64,000 bases of DNA from Clostridia bacterium. Its GTDB lineage: Bacteria; Bacillota; Clostridia; Oscillospirales; CAG-272. The stretch lies in NCBI GenBank assembly GCA_017550315.1, contig JAFZPN010000054.1, forward strand, positions 1,766-65,765, in the 5' to 3' direction. Both the position numbers and the translations under genes were made by a program. This document shows positions 19,463-29,315 of this stretch, piece by piece. Within the stretch, counting starts at the first letter, position 1. Each line of letters starts with the position of its first letter. A model generated the notes under the pieces. The model saw only the letters and a program-made list of their open reading frames with translations, was not told where the DNA came from and did no database searches.

Positions 19463-20863
19463 TCAATCCAGGACAATGGCGGAGAGCTGGTCGTCCCCGT
19501 ACAGGTCGAACATAATCCGGTCCGAAAACTGCTGGAACAACACGTCGGTGATCCCGTATTCCTCGATCACGTCGTGATAGTTCATCCCCGCGTAATGGGT
19601 GTAATAGAAGGCGACCGTCGTGTCGAACGCGCTGCCGAGGAGCTCGACGAAGCCCTGCGTATAACTGTCGCCGATGACGAGCAGGTTCCGGCCCGTGTTG
19701 TTCTCCGGATAGTTCACGACATAGACCTCCGGGAAGAAGACCGCGTAGATGTTCACGTCCGGCGTCACGTATTTCGCCTTCGAGAGCTTCTTCACCTGCT
19801 GCTCGAACCGCCACACCGGCGAGCACGAATACTTGCCGAGATCGTAGTCATACACGACGAACGGATCCCAGAGGTCGAGTGTCATACAGGTTCTGGCGGC
19901 GCTGCCGTAGAAGCGGCTCTCCGGGAAATCGATCGCTTCCCCGAGGGCGACGGGCTCGTGATCCGGGCAGATCATTTTGCAGAGCTGGCAGAAGCCGAGC
20001 CAGCTGCCGTAGGTCGACCAGTGGTGGTCCGTCAGGTAGACCCGCTCGATCCGGTCGCGCACCGATCCGAGCTCCCATTTCTGCGCGGTGATGCGCTCGT
20101 CGAGGAGCGAGAGGAACTGATCGGCGTATTGGAGCGTCGACTCCTCGCCGACGATGATGTCCTCGTAATAATCCGTGTCCTGCATCCGCGTCAGGAGCAT
20201 GAAATAGAAGTTCACATCTTCGGGCGTCGCCTCGGCGATCTTGTTGAGCTTCTTCGCCTGCACCTTGACGCGGGCTTCCTTCGATTTGTCGGTCAGGTTG
20301 ACCGCCGTATCGAGGAAGGACGACTGGAATCCGTCCGCGAATTCAATCTCGATCCGGTAATACCGGTGCACCCCCGATCCGGAGAGCAGCGTGGAGGACA
20401 CGGATACGACCTCCTCGCGCGGATCGAGCGGGACCTCCGGTTCGGCGGGTTCTTCGGGAACCTCGGGCGTCGGGGCCGTCGGATCGCCGATGTCCGCGGT
20501 GAGCGTATCGGTCGCCGGCGCGGGTTCTTCGGCCGGTTTCTTTGCCACGTTCGCACGCGCGTCGGCATACAGGGAGGAGGTCGGCGCGTTCAGCGTGTCG
20601 CGCGCTTTGCCGTATGCGAAGACAGTTTCGTAATAGCCCGGCATGAAATCGGTGTAGAGATCGGTCAGGGATTTCTTGAAGCGGACGAGCGTATTGAGCG
20701 CGTCATCGATGGGCGTCCCCTCGTAGAACTGCGCCTCCTCGCCCCGGTTGCCGAGATCGCGGACCTCGAACAGCCCGGCGTCATATCCCGCTTTATAAAA
20801 CGGCGCGCCGAACAGGAGGACGATAAAGAAGAGGCCGAGGACGGCAAGATACCATTTTTTCAT
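19463..20863 (-). CDS. DHHW-family extracytoplasmic acyltransferase partner (AlgJ/PatB-like)
   Basis: TDHHWS and IGDSY motifs, N-terminal anchor, directly upstream of the MBOAT gene. Confidence 0.8.
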   Translation of the reverse strand: MKKWYLAVLGLFFIVLLFGAPFYKAGYDAGLFEVRDLGNRGEEAQFYEGTPIDDALNTLVRFKKSLTDLYTDFMPGYYETVFAYGKARDTLNAPTSSLYADARANVAKKPAEEPAPATDTLTADIGDPTAPTPEVPEEPAEPEVPLDPREEVVSVSSTLLSGSGVHRYYRIEIEFADGFQSSFLDTAVNLTDKSKEARVKVQAKKLNKIAEATPEDVNFYFMLLTRMQDTDYYEDIIVGEESTLQYADQFLSLLDERITAQKWELGSVRDRIERVYLTDHHWSTYGSWLGFCQLCKMICPDHEPVALGEAIDFPESRFYGSAARTCMTLDLWDPFVVYDYDLGKYSCSPVWRFEQQVKKLSKAKYVTPDVNIYAVFFPEVYVVNYPENNTGRNLLVIGDSYTQGFVELLGSAFDTTVAFYYTHYAGMNYHDVIEEYGITDVLFQQFSDRIMFDLYGDDQLSAIVLD

Positions 20864-21855
20864 GATTTACTCCTTCCAAACAGCGCGCGTGCGCCGGCGC
20901 AGATGAGGAACAGCGCGAGGACGGCGATCACGACCATCGCCGCGGCCGCACCGGGTTTCGGTTCACGGACGGCGCTCTCCTCCGCCGGATCCTCCTCCAG
21001 GTCGAAGGGATCGGTTTCGTCCTCTTCCCCGTCCGGTTCTGCGGGATTCTCTTCCGGTATGTCCGGCGTTTCCGTGATCTCCGCCTCGGGCTCGGCCGGT
21101 TCGGTCACTTCCGGAAGCGGGACGGTGTTGGTCTCATACAGCGTCCGGATATCCTCGTCCGTGAGGAGGCGTCCGAAGAACCAGGCGTCGTCGAGCACGT
21201 AATTCGGGGCGCTCTGCCAGCCCTTCTGCTCCGGCGCGTCGTTGCCGATCAGGGTCATGCCGAGCGGCTGGAGGCCGAACATCGCGTCGAAGAATTCGCC
21301 GTTGATATACACGGATGTGCACTCGACGTCGTCGTCATAGGCAAACGTGAGCATCGTCCAGGTGTCGAGCGGAATAGTATAAGGGACCGAATTGTCGACC
21401 ACGCCGTTGATGGTCGCGCCGACCCGTCCGTTGTCCTGGACCACGCGCAGGGATCCCGTCATGCTCGAACAGAGGAACACATGGTACGGAGCGTCGTACG
21501 CCTTCACCCAGAAGCTGGCGGTCCAGTTCCCCCAGATGTCGTCGATCTGCAGGGCGACGGCCTGATCTTCCGTCTCAAAATAGATCGCGCCGTCCGCCGT
21601 CCCGTCCCGTCCTTCGACAAAGCCGGGATTGCCGCGCAGCTTGCCCGAGATCGCGCCGGACGCCTCCTCCGCGTTCCCGTCAAAGGGGAACCAGAGTCCG
21701 CCGTCCGGGATGTCGATCGCCTCCGTCGGAAGGACGGCGGATGCGGGGATCGCGGCAAGGAAGATCGCCAGCGCAAAGAGGGAAATGAGGGCGGCTATAT
21801 ATCGGTATCGGCATGCCCTGCCCCGCCGGACATGCTGGTCGTTATACTCTTTCAA
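20860..21855 (-). CDS. Surface protein with LamG/concanavalin-like domain, acidic linker and C-terminal TM anchor
   Basis: Signal peptide (AIPASA), WFPFDG, WTASFWVK, VYING and LDDAWFFGRLLT motifs; TTG start after GGAGG; stop overlaps the next start. Confidence 0.75.
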   Translation of the reverse strand: MKEYNDQHVRRGRACRYRYIAALISLFALAIFLAAIPASAVLPTEAIDIPDGGLWFPFDGNAEEASGAISGKLRGNPGFVEGRDGTADGAIYFETEDQAVALQIDDIWGNWTASFWVKAYDAPYHVFLCSSMTGSLRVVQDNGRVGATINGVVDNSVPYTIPLDTWTMLTFAYDDDVECTSVYINGEFFDAMFGLQPLGMTLIGNDAPEQKGWQSAPNYVLDDAWFFGRLLTDEDIRTLYETNTVPLPEVTEPAEPEAEITETPDIPEENPAEPDGEEDETDPFDLEEDPAEESAVREPKPGAAAAMVVIAVLALFLICAGARALFGRSKS

Positions 21856-22000
21856 CGTCTTCGCCTCCGTTTGCAATTCTTGCGTCTGTTTTATTATACC
21901 ATTTTCAGCATGGGGTGTCAACGGGTCCGGCTGCGGATTTTGTCATGGCCGGACCGTTCGTCCCGATTTTCCGGATCCCGCTTAATATCCGCGAAAAGAG

Positions 22001-22038
22001 AAAACCCCGCGCCCGGCATGGGACGTTCGGGGATCTTT
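22001..22038 (-). terminator. Imperfect hairpin downstream of the MFS gene
   Basis: aaaaCCCCGCGCCC...GGGACGTTCGGGGatcttt. Confidence 0.45.
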
Positions 22039-22050
22039 GTATGGACCGCG

Positions 22051-23289
22051 TCACGGTGCGCCGGCGTTATCGATCTGCGCGCGGGCACCAGATCGGAACA
22101 CGAGGTGATAGGCGAGGCAGCAGAGGAAGACGGAGACGGTCCCGACGACTGCGAGCAGCGTGCCGCTCACCGAATCGGCGAGGACCCCGATGACGGCGGT
22201 CGCGCACACCGTTCCGAGCGTGGTCAGCGCCATCCGCCATGTGTGATAAGTGCTGATGACGTCCTCCTCCACCCGCTGATAGACCGCGTCCGGGATCGCG
22301 TAGCACACGGTGTTGTACCCGCAGTAGGAGAAGAACAGGACGATGAGAAAGACCGTCCGACCTCCGAGAAACGCGGCGGAGAGCGGCAGGAACAGGCACG
22401 CGCCCGCCACGCCGAGCTTCGTCGCCGGGATCCTGTGCTGACGCGCCAGGCCGTAGACGCCGCAGGAGAGGAAGGTCGCTGCGTTCATCACGCCGGAGAT
22501 CAGAGCGGACTGTTCTTCGGGCACACCGGCGTCGCGGATGGCAAGGAGCGGAAGGATGGCGATCACGCCCGCGCCGAATCCGCGGATGAAGTTCGGGAGA
22601 GCGAGGCGGTGAAAATCGGGTCTCAAGAGGACGGCGCGGACGGAGGAAAGACGTTCCTGCTTTCGTGTGTCCGCGGGGGGCTCCTCATCCCTGCCGGGCA
22701 GGACACGGAGACAACCGTTGATCACCCCCGCCGCGAGGCAGTAGAGTCCCGACGCGCCGAAGACCGCGAGCGTCACCGCGTTATAGGCAAAGCGCGCGTA
22801 AAAGAGCGGGAGCAGAAAACCCGGCAGGATCCCGACGATGCCGCAGACGATCCCGCTGACGGAGGAATAGACCGAGTAGCGCTCAACCGGGATGACCTCG
22901 CAGATCAGCTTGTAGTCGAATACGACGCGGACGGTATTGCTGACGTTGACGAGCGTGCCTACGGCGAATGCGGCGAAGCAGAACAGGGCGGACTTCTCGG
23001 GCATCAGGCAGAGCGTCATCTGAAAGAGGAGCGAGACGGCGTTTGCGAGGAACAGCAAGGTCGCCGTGCACTTGGTCTTTCGGCAGCGATCCGCCGCGCC
23101 GGCAAACAGGAGGGAGAAGACGAGGAACACCGCCTGCGTGAAGGAGGCGTAATAGCTCACGGTGCCGCTCCCCATGCCCATTTTCAGAAAGAACGCCTGC
23201 AGGACGGAAGCGGAGGACAGGGTCGTGGCAAAGCAGTAGAGGCCGTCCCGCAGCCAGAGAAGTACAAAATTGGACGGATGACGTTTCAC
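22051..23289 (-). CDS. MFS-type transporter
   Basis: About 12 hydrophobic segments, GAADRCRK motif-A-like loop; GTG start after GGAGG. Confidence 0.7.
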   Translation of the reverse strand: MKRHPSNFVLLWLRDGLYCFATTLSSASVLQAFFLKMGMGSGTVSYYASFTQAVFLVFSLLFAGAADRCRKTKCTATLLFLANAVSLLFQMTLCLMPEKSALFCFAAFAVGTLVNVSNTVRVVFDYKLICEVIPVERYSVYSSVSGIVCGIVGILPGFLLPLFYARFAYNAVTLAVFGASGLYCLAAGVINGCLRVLPGRDEEPPADTRKQERLSSVRAVLLRPDFHRLALPNFIRGFGAGVIAILPLLAIRDAGVPEEQSALISGVMNAATFLSCGVYGLARQHRIPATKLGVAGACLFLPLSAAFLGGRTVFLIVLFFSYCGYNTVCYAIPDAVYQRVEEDVISTYHTWRMALTTLGTVCATAVIGVLADSVSGTLLAVVGTVSVFLCCLAYHLVFRSGARAQIDNAGAP

Positions 23290-23379
23290 GGAAGCCTCCA
23301 GGGGTAGATAGGTGATTTCCTGCTCAGGACAGCGTTGGGTCAGAAAAAACAAGGACGGAAGATGGGCGGATCCCGCGGT

Positions 23380-25569
23380 TCATGCGCCTGCGTCGAGCCG
23401 CTGACGTTCCACCAGCTCGGCGAAGAAGCCTCCCTTCGCGATCAGCTCGTCGTAGGTTCCGTTCTCCACGATGCGTCCGCCGTCGAGGACGAGGATGCGG
23501 TCGCAGTGCTTGATGGTGGAAAGCCGGTGCGCGATCACGATGCGCGTGCAGCCCATTTTGTCGAGCGCCTCGGAGACCTGCCTCTGCGTCTTGTTGTCGA
23601 GGGCAGAGGTCGCCTCGTCGAAGATCAGGAGCTTCGGCTTCGGCGCGATGGCGCGGGCGATCATGATGCGCTGCCGCTGGCCGCCGGAGATACCGCCCTG
23701 CCCTTCGGCGATGACGGTGTTCATTCCCATCGGCATGGCGCGGATGTCGTCGGCGATCCCGGCGATCTCCGCGGCTTCCCAGGCGTCCTCCGGCGTGAGC
23801 TCGGGAGCGGTAATCACGATGTTCGAGAAAATGTCGCCCTGGAACAGCCCGGCATCCTGCATGACCGTACCGATCTTGCGGCGCAGCGAAGGCAGATCCA
23901 GGCTGTCGATATTCCTGCCGTCGAAGAAGACCGCGCCTTTCTCCGGTTTTTCAAATCCGAGCAGGAGCCGCACGAGCGTGGATTTCCCGCAGCCGGTCCT
24001 GCCGACGAGCGCGACGTATTCGCCGGGTGAGATCGAAAGCGACAGATCGTCAAGGAGATAGGGCAGGTTCTCGCCGTAGCGGAAGGACACATGACTGAAC
24101 TCGATGCCCCCGGAGATCCGGGTGACGATTTCCCGGCCGGATACCATCTCCGGCTCGGTTTTCAGAAAGGGCTCCGCCATCTCGAGGATCGGCTGAATCT
24201 CCGCAGCGGAGAGCGCGATGGACGACACGGACGTGAACGCGCCCATCAGCATGCCGTAAGCTGCCGTGAACGCGAAGTAGTCCGCCTGACCGATCCCGCT
24301 CCGCACGGCGAAATAGTAGAGGACGATGGTGGACAAGAGCCCGATGGCGGTGGAGATCACGGAATGGATCTTCAGAAACGTCGGCGGGTTGTAAACAAGC
24401 TCCGCGCCTTCGGCATAAAGATCCAGCCATTTTGCAAAGACCCGCTTTTCCGCGCCGGAGAGCTTGATCTTCTGCACGCCCGTGATGAGGGAGTAGCTCA
24501 TGCCGGATTCCTTCGCCGCGTGTTCCATGTGTCTGCGGTTGATCCGGACCTGGGCGAGCGTGGAAACGGCGGAAAAGCCGACGGTGATGAGCACGATGAC
24601 GAGGGACGGGATCACGAGGGCCGGGGCGAACGCAAAGATCTGTCCGATATAGAGGAGAGACGTCAGCGAGGTCAGGCCCGTATTCAGAACGATGCTCATC
24701 AGCATGGAGCAGAGGGTATTGACCGACATGGCGCGGCTTTTCAGCTCGCCGGGACTGTACCTGCGGAAAAACGACGTCGGAAGGGAGAGCAGGCGCATCA
24801 TCATGGATGCCTGCACGCCGAGCGAGGTCTTGGCATCCAGTCTGCTCTGCAGGAGGCGTTTCACGCTGCCGATGAGCTGATAGGACAGCGCAACACAGAC
24901 CATGCAGACGGCAATGCCGACGAGGGCGTCTGCCCGTCCGCTCGCCAGGACCGGCCCCGTCAGCGCGCGGGTGATGCGCGGCATGGCAAGTCCGATGAGC
25001 GTGAGAGCCAAGGTCGCCGCGACAATCATGACGACGTCGCTCATGGATATACAGCTTTTCATGTAGAGGAACAGATCGGGGATCCCGAGCTTCTTCTGCG
25101 GAAGCGGGCGGTAAAAGCAAACCGCTTCCGACAGAAACTGCGCGGCAGACCTCTTGTCGATCCGCTTCCGTTTCCCGGTTTCGAGGTCGAGATAGGTGTA
25201 GCCGTATACGGCGCCGGGGAGGAGGGCAACGGGAAGTTCCTCCTCTTTCGTGAAGGCTAAGATCGGTCCGAAGGCGTCCCGGTACCAGTCCTCGGTGAGC
25301 TCGACAGTGCGGTACATCAGGCCATGCGGGCGGAGGCAGTACGCGAGCTGGTCCTCGGTCGTTTCGATCGCCTCCGGGACCTCGACCGGCTTGCAGTGGT
25401 AATACTTGACGATTTCATCGATGGCGCTCTTCGAGACGATCCGCGCGTCGCCGATCTTTTCGGCCGTCCGCTTTCCGAGCACGACGCCCGCGACCTTGAC
25501 GAAGGAATCCTCGAGGAGCTGATCGTCGGCGTTCCGGCGTTCTTCGATTTGATTTTCAAACCATCCCAT
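23380..25569 (-). CDS. NHLM/NHLP bacteriocin-system ABC transporter, permease/ATPase subunit
   Basis: Degenerate C39-like N-terminus (FYRPLP), TM domain, Walker A GRTGCGKS, ISGGQRQR, FDEATSALD. Confidence 0.85.
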   Translation of the reverse strand: MGWFENQIEERRNADDQLLEDSFVKVAGVVLGKRTAEKIGDARIVSKSAIDEIVKYYHCKPVEVPEAIETTEDQLAYCLRPHGLMYRTVELTEDWYRDAFGPILAFTKEEELPVALLPGAVYGYTYLDLETGKRKRIDKRSAAQFLSEAVCFYRPLPQKKLGIPDLFLYMKSCISMSDVVMIVAATLALTLIGLAMPRITRALTGPVLASGRADALVGIAVCMVCVALSYQLIGSVKRLLQSRLDAKTSLGVQASMMMRLLSLPTSFFRRYSPGELKSRAMSVNTLCSMLMSIVLNTGLTSLTSLLYIGQIFAFAPALVIPSLVIVLITVGFSAVSTLAQVRINRRHMEHAAKESGMSYSLITGVQKIKLSGAEKRVFAKWLDLYAEGAELVYNPPTFLKIHSVISTAIGLLSTIVLYYFAVRSGIGQADYFAFTAAYGMLMGAFTSVSSIALSAAEIQPILEMAEPFLKTEPEMVSGREIVTRISGGIEFSHVSFRYGENLPYLLDDLSLSISPGEYVALVGRTGCGKSTLVRLLLGFEKPEKGAVFFDGRNIDSLDLPSLRRKIGTVMQDAGLFQGDIFSNIVITAPELTPEDAWEAAEIAGIADDIRAMPMGMNTVIAEGQGGISGGQRQRIMIARAIAPKPKLLIFDEATSALDNKTQRQVSEALDKMGCTRIVIAHRLSTIKHCDRILVLDGGRIVENGTYDELIAKGGFFAELVERQRLDAGA

Positions 25570-25581
25570 CCGATCCCCTCC

Positions 25582-27750
25582 TCACTCTTTCGCTACAAGG
25601 TCGGCATAAGCGCCGCCCAAGGCAATCAGTTCTTCGTGCGTCCCGCGCTCCGCCACTTTCCCGTGGTCGAGGACGAGGATCTCGTCGCAGTCGCGGATCG
25701 TAGAGAGGCGGTGCGCGATGACGATGCAGGTGATGCCGCGCTCGCGGATGGCGTTCACGACCTCCGATTCCGTCTTGGCGTCGAGCGCGGAGGTGGCTTC
25801 GTCGAGGATGATGATCGTCGGATCCTGCGCCAGCACGCGGGCGATCTCCATGCGCTGACGCTGACCGCCGGAGAGATTCTTCCCGCCGCTCGTCAGCCGG
25901 TACTGATATCCGCCGGGGAGGCGCATGATGTCGTCGTGAAGCTGCGCGTCGCGGGCCGCGAGGATCATCTCAAAGTCTTCGATCGAGTCGTCCCACATCT
26001 TGATGTTGTTCTCTGCGGTGTCCTCAAAGAGGATGATGTCCTGATCGACGACGGCGAGCGAGCCGACCATCACCTCGCGGGGATAGGCGCTCCGCGGTCT
26101 GCCGTCAAAGAGGATCTCGCCGCTCCACGGCTGACAGAGCCCGGAGATGAGTTTCGAGATCGTGGATTTGCCGCATCCGGATGCGCCGACGAGGGCGATC
26201 CGCTGCCCGGTTCTGACGGACAGGGAGAAATCCCGGATGAGCGGCTCTTCGAGGCGGGAGTAGCCGAAGGTTACGTCTTTCAGTTCCACATTGCCGCGGA
26301 GCTTGGAGAGTTCCGTGACCTCGGTCCCATGTTCGGCGACCGCCTCGTCCGTGGGATATTCCATCACGTCCTCGACGCGCTCCATCTGCGTGCGCATCTC
26401 CTGGATCGTCTGTCCTGCGCCGACGAGCGTCATGGCCGGTGACATGAACGCGCTGAGAAAGCCCTGGAACATCAGGACGGCGCCGAGGCTGAACTTTCCT
26501 TCCATCGTCATCCGGACGCCGATGATGAGCACCGCGTAGTTGGCGAGTGCGGATAAAAAGGCCGGGATCATGCCGAGGAACTGATTGGTCCTGACCGTTT
26601 TGACGTTCTGTCGGTTGACGGACGCCTGATATCCCGCCCATTTCCGGAAGAAGCCGTTCTCCGCGCCGCTCGCCTTGATGGTCTCGATCATTTCGATGCC
26701 CGTGACCGTGACGGCCTCGAGACGTCCGGCGTCGCGCATCTGGACGCGGGTGATGTTCATGCGCTTCTCCGCAATCACACGGGACATGACGGCGTTCAGC
26801 GTGAGCGTGACGATGCCGATGAGGGTGAGCATCGGGCTCTGACGGAGCATCAGGATGAGATAAAAGACCATCATCGCGCTGTTGAGCAGAAGCGGCGCAA
26901 AGGTATTGACCAGCGTCCCGGCGATCGACGCGTTCATCGCGGCGCGGGACTGGATATCGCCCGCCAGCCGCTGGGAGAAGAATTCCATCGGCAGCCGCAG
27001 GATCTTCCACATATAGGTCGTCGAGCCGATGACCGCCATCTTACCGTTGATGCGGAGGGAGTAGATCGTCTGCGCCCATGCCACGACAAGCTGGATCGCC
27101 GCGAGGATGAGCATCACGGACAGGAACGGATAGAGCCATTCCCGGTTGATCCCGGTGATCAGCCGGTCCATGAAGATGCGGGACGTGACGGAATTCGCGA
27201 TGCCGAACAGGTAGGAGATCGCCGTGGTCAGCATGACGAACGCCACCGCCGCCCTCGCACCGATCAGCCGCTTGCGGGCAAACGCGACCGTGCTCCTGCG
27301 CTCCCCGCCGGGTTCAAATCCCTCCCCCGGCACGGGAATGATCGCCACGCCGGTGAAAGACTTGTCGAACTCCTCCCAGCTGACCTTGATTTCGCCGCGC
27401 GCGGGGTCGTTCAGATAGGCATGCCGTCCCCGGAAGCCGCGGAGGACGACGAAGTGATTCATGTTCCAGTGGATGATGCACGGGAACTGGCCCTTCTCGC
27501 GGATGGATTCCGGATCCAGGCTGAAGGCCTTGACGGAGAAGCCGTAATGCTCCGCTGCGAGATAGATATTCTTTGCCTTCGAGCCGTCGCGGGAGACGCC
27601 GCAGTCGAGACGGACCTGCTCGAGCGGCACCCATTTTCCGTAATAGGCCATGACCATGCAGAGCGCCGCCGCGCCGCATTCGAGCGTCTCGAGCTGCATG
27701 ACCACGGGGACGCGGACAACGCCTTTCGTTCTCGCCGATTTGATCCCCAT
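25582..27750 (-). CDS. NHLM/NHLP bacteriocin-system ABC transporter, C39 peptidase/permease/ATPase subunit
   Basis: PVVMQLETLECGAA, CGVSRDGSKA, HWNMNHFVV, NDPARG, GASGCGKS, LSGGQRQR. Confidence 0.92.
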   Translation of the reverse strand: MGIKSARTKGVVRVPVVMQLETLECGAAALCMVMAYYGKWVPLEQVRLDCGVSRDGSKAKNIYLAAEHYGFSVKAFSLDPESIREKGQFPCIIHWNMNHFVVLRGFRGRHAYLNDPARGEIKVSWEEFDKSFTGVAIIPVPGEGFEPGGERRSTVAFARKRLIGARAAVAFVMLTTAISYLFGIANSVTSRIFMDRLITGINREWLYPFLSVMLILAAIQLVVAWAQTIYSLRINGKMAVIGSTTYMWKILRLPMEFFSQRLAGDIQSRAAMNASIAGTLVNTFAPLLLNSAMMVFYLILMLRQSPMLTLIGIVTLTLNAVMSRVIAEKRMNITRVQMRDAGRLEAVTVTGIEMIETIKASGAENGFFRKWAGYQASVNRQNVKTVRTNQFLGMIPAFLSALANYAVLIIGVRMTMEGKFSLGAVLMFQGFLSAFMSPAMTLVGAGQTIQEMRTQMERVEDVMEYPTDEAVAEHGTEVTELSKLRGNVELKDVTFGYSRLEEPLIRDFSLSVRTGQRIALVGASGCGKSTISKLISGLCQPWSGEILFDGRPRSAYPREVMVGSLAVVDQDIILFEDTAENNIKMWDDSIEDFEMILAARDAQLHDDIMRLPGGYQYRLTSGGKNLSGGQRQRMEIARVLAQDPTIIILDEATSALDAKTESEVVNAIRERGITCIVIAHRLSTIRDCDEILVLDHGKVAERGTHEELIALGGAYADLVAKE

Positions 27751-27753
27751 GAT

Positions 27754-28179
27754 TCACCTGCTTTCCGTCAGAAAGCGGATGGGATGCGTCTCGTCGACGA
27801 CGACCGTACCGTCGTAAGTTCCGTCCGGCAAGTCCGCCTGCGCCGTTCCGACCTGGCGTCCGTATTCGTCCGTGCGCACGAAAGCGATCAAGAATTCCTG
27901 CCCGGCGACGCGGAGCGGCATACCGTCCGCCAGGGTTTCCGAGCCGAGCGGAATGACCTCGGCGGTTTTATCCGCGACGACCACCTTGACCTCCGCCGTC
28001 GTTTCGAGCGTTCCCGTCATCGACCACGCGAAAAGACCCGCGAGCAGCAGGATCACGGCGGCGAGGACCACCCAGATCCCCGGATTCGTCACGCACAGAT
28101 AGTCCGTGAGCTGTTCCGGAGAGGAGATGCGGTCGAGGGTTTTCTTGCGGAATACGGACTGTTTGTTGTTCTCTGTCAT
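27754..28179 (-). CDS. Short NHLM-system secretion accessory protein (HlyD N-terminus-like)
   Basis: VFRKKTLDRISSPEQLTDYL followed by one TM helix; C-terminal PIRFL. Confidence 0.8.
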   Translation of the reverse strand: MTENNKQSVFRKKTLDRISSPEQLTDYLCVTNPGIWVVLAAVILLLAGLFAWSMTGTLETTAEVKVVVADKTAEVIPLGSETLADGMPLRVAGQEFLIAFVRTDEYGRQVGTAQADLPDGTYDGTVVVDETHPIRFLTESR

Positions 28180-28236
28180 ACCGATTGCTCTCTTTCCATG
28201 CTTCCTGCTTCGGGTCGGGGCGGCGCGGGATTTGTG

Positions 28237-29265
28237 TCAGGATTCCCGTGCGGCGCGCGCCATCGCCTGCAGGTTCTCGAGCGGGATGTTCGGCGCGAGG
28301 TCGCATCCGGGCGCGAGGATGAATCCGCCGTAGGGCTTCATCGATTCACAGAGCGACTTGCTGATCGCGTATACCTCCTCGGCGCTTTTCGCCGCGAGGA
28401 TGTGCGCGGGACTGAGGTTGCCGAACAGGGCGCAGCGTCCCGCGGAATCGAGCTGCGCGCGCACCATGTTGATGGAATCGACCGAGAAGACGCTCATCCC
28501 CGCCCCGGCGACCGTCGCGACGAGCTTGTCCGTTTTGCCGCAGATGTGGATGAGATAATTCCGGCACTTCGGGGCGAGCCGCTCCATGACCTTGACGTCG
28601 GCGGGCAGGACGAAGTTCTCGAAATCCGCGGGCCGGATCAGATCGCCCGAGGCAGCGGGTTCGGGAACGGTGATGAGGTCGAGCCCGTTGTCCGTCAGAT
28701 CTTCGAGGTAGGCGATCACGATCTCGGCCGCGAAGTCGATGACCTTTTTGACGTCTTCCATTTCCCCGGTCAAGAGCTCCACCATGAAGTCCTCGACGCC
28801 GAGCATCTGGGCTGCCATCGTGAACGGACCGAAGAAACCGCCGCCGATCATGCATTCGTCCCCGACGAGGCGGCGCATCTCCCGCATCTGCACGAGGGTC
28901 CTCTGATAAAAATGCTCCTGCCGCATGTCGGCGATGACTTTCCCAACGTCGAAATTGTCGATATCTTCGAGCGAGGTGAGCGGGCGGGACAGGATCTCCG
29001 CGGAGAGGACGTTCATCTCCACACGCCCGCCCATGACTTCCATCATCGGCCACGCGGCGGCGCATCCGGAGGTCATGATCTCCGTGCCGATCTCGCGGTA
29101 GTCGCCGACAAGAAGCTCCGCGCCGGCATCCGGGAGGTCGAGCAGGCTTGCCATGGTCAGGCCGTGCCGCGCGGCGATCCACATCTGACCGTTCAGGACG
29201 GCGAACGGCGCGCGGTCTGTTTTCTCAAAATGAAGGGTCTTCAACACTCGTTCCTTGCTTGTCAC
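28237..29265 (-). CDS. Uroporphyrinogen decarboxylase / MtaA-CmuA methyltransferase family protein
   Basis: GPFTMA, IHICG, LFGNLSP, FILAPGCDL. Confidence 0.8.
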   Translation of the reverse strand: MTSKERVLKTLHFEKTDRAPFAVLNGQMWIAARHGLTMASLLDLPDAGAELLVGDYREIGTEIMTSGCAAAWPMMEVMGGRVEMNVLSAEILSRPLTSLEDIDNFDVGKVIADMRQEHFYQRTLVQMREMRRLVGDECMIGGGFFGPFTMAAQMLGVEDFMVELLTGEMEDVKKVIDFAAEIVIAYLEDLTDNGLDLITVPEPAASGDLIRPADFENFVLPADVKVMERLAPKCRNYLIHICGKTDKLVATVAGAGMSVFSVDSINMVRAQLDSAGRCALFGNLSPAHILAAKSAEEVYAISKSLCESMKPYGGFILAPGCDLAPNIPLENLQAMARAARES

Positions 29266-29315
29266 GTCAGGTTCCTTTCTCCTTTTTCGCTCGGAATGTT
29301 TTCGTGGGTCGGCGG

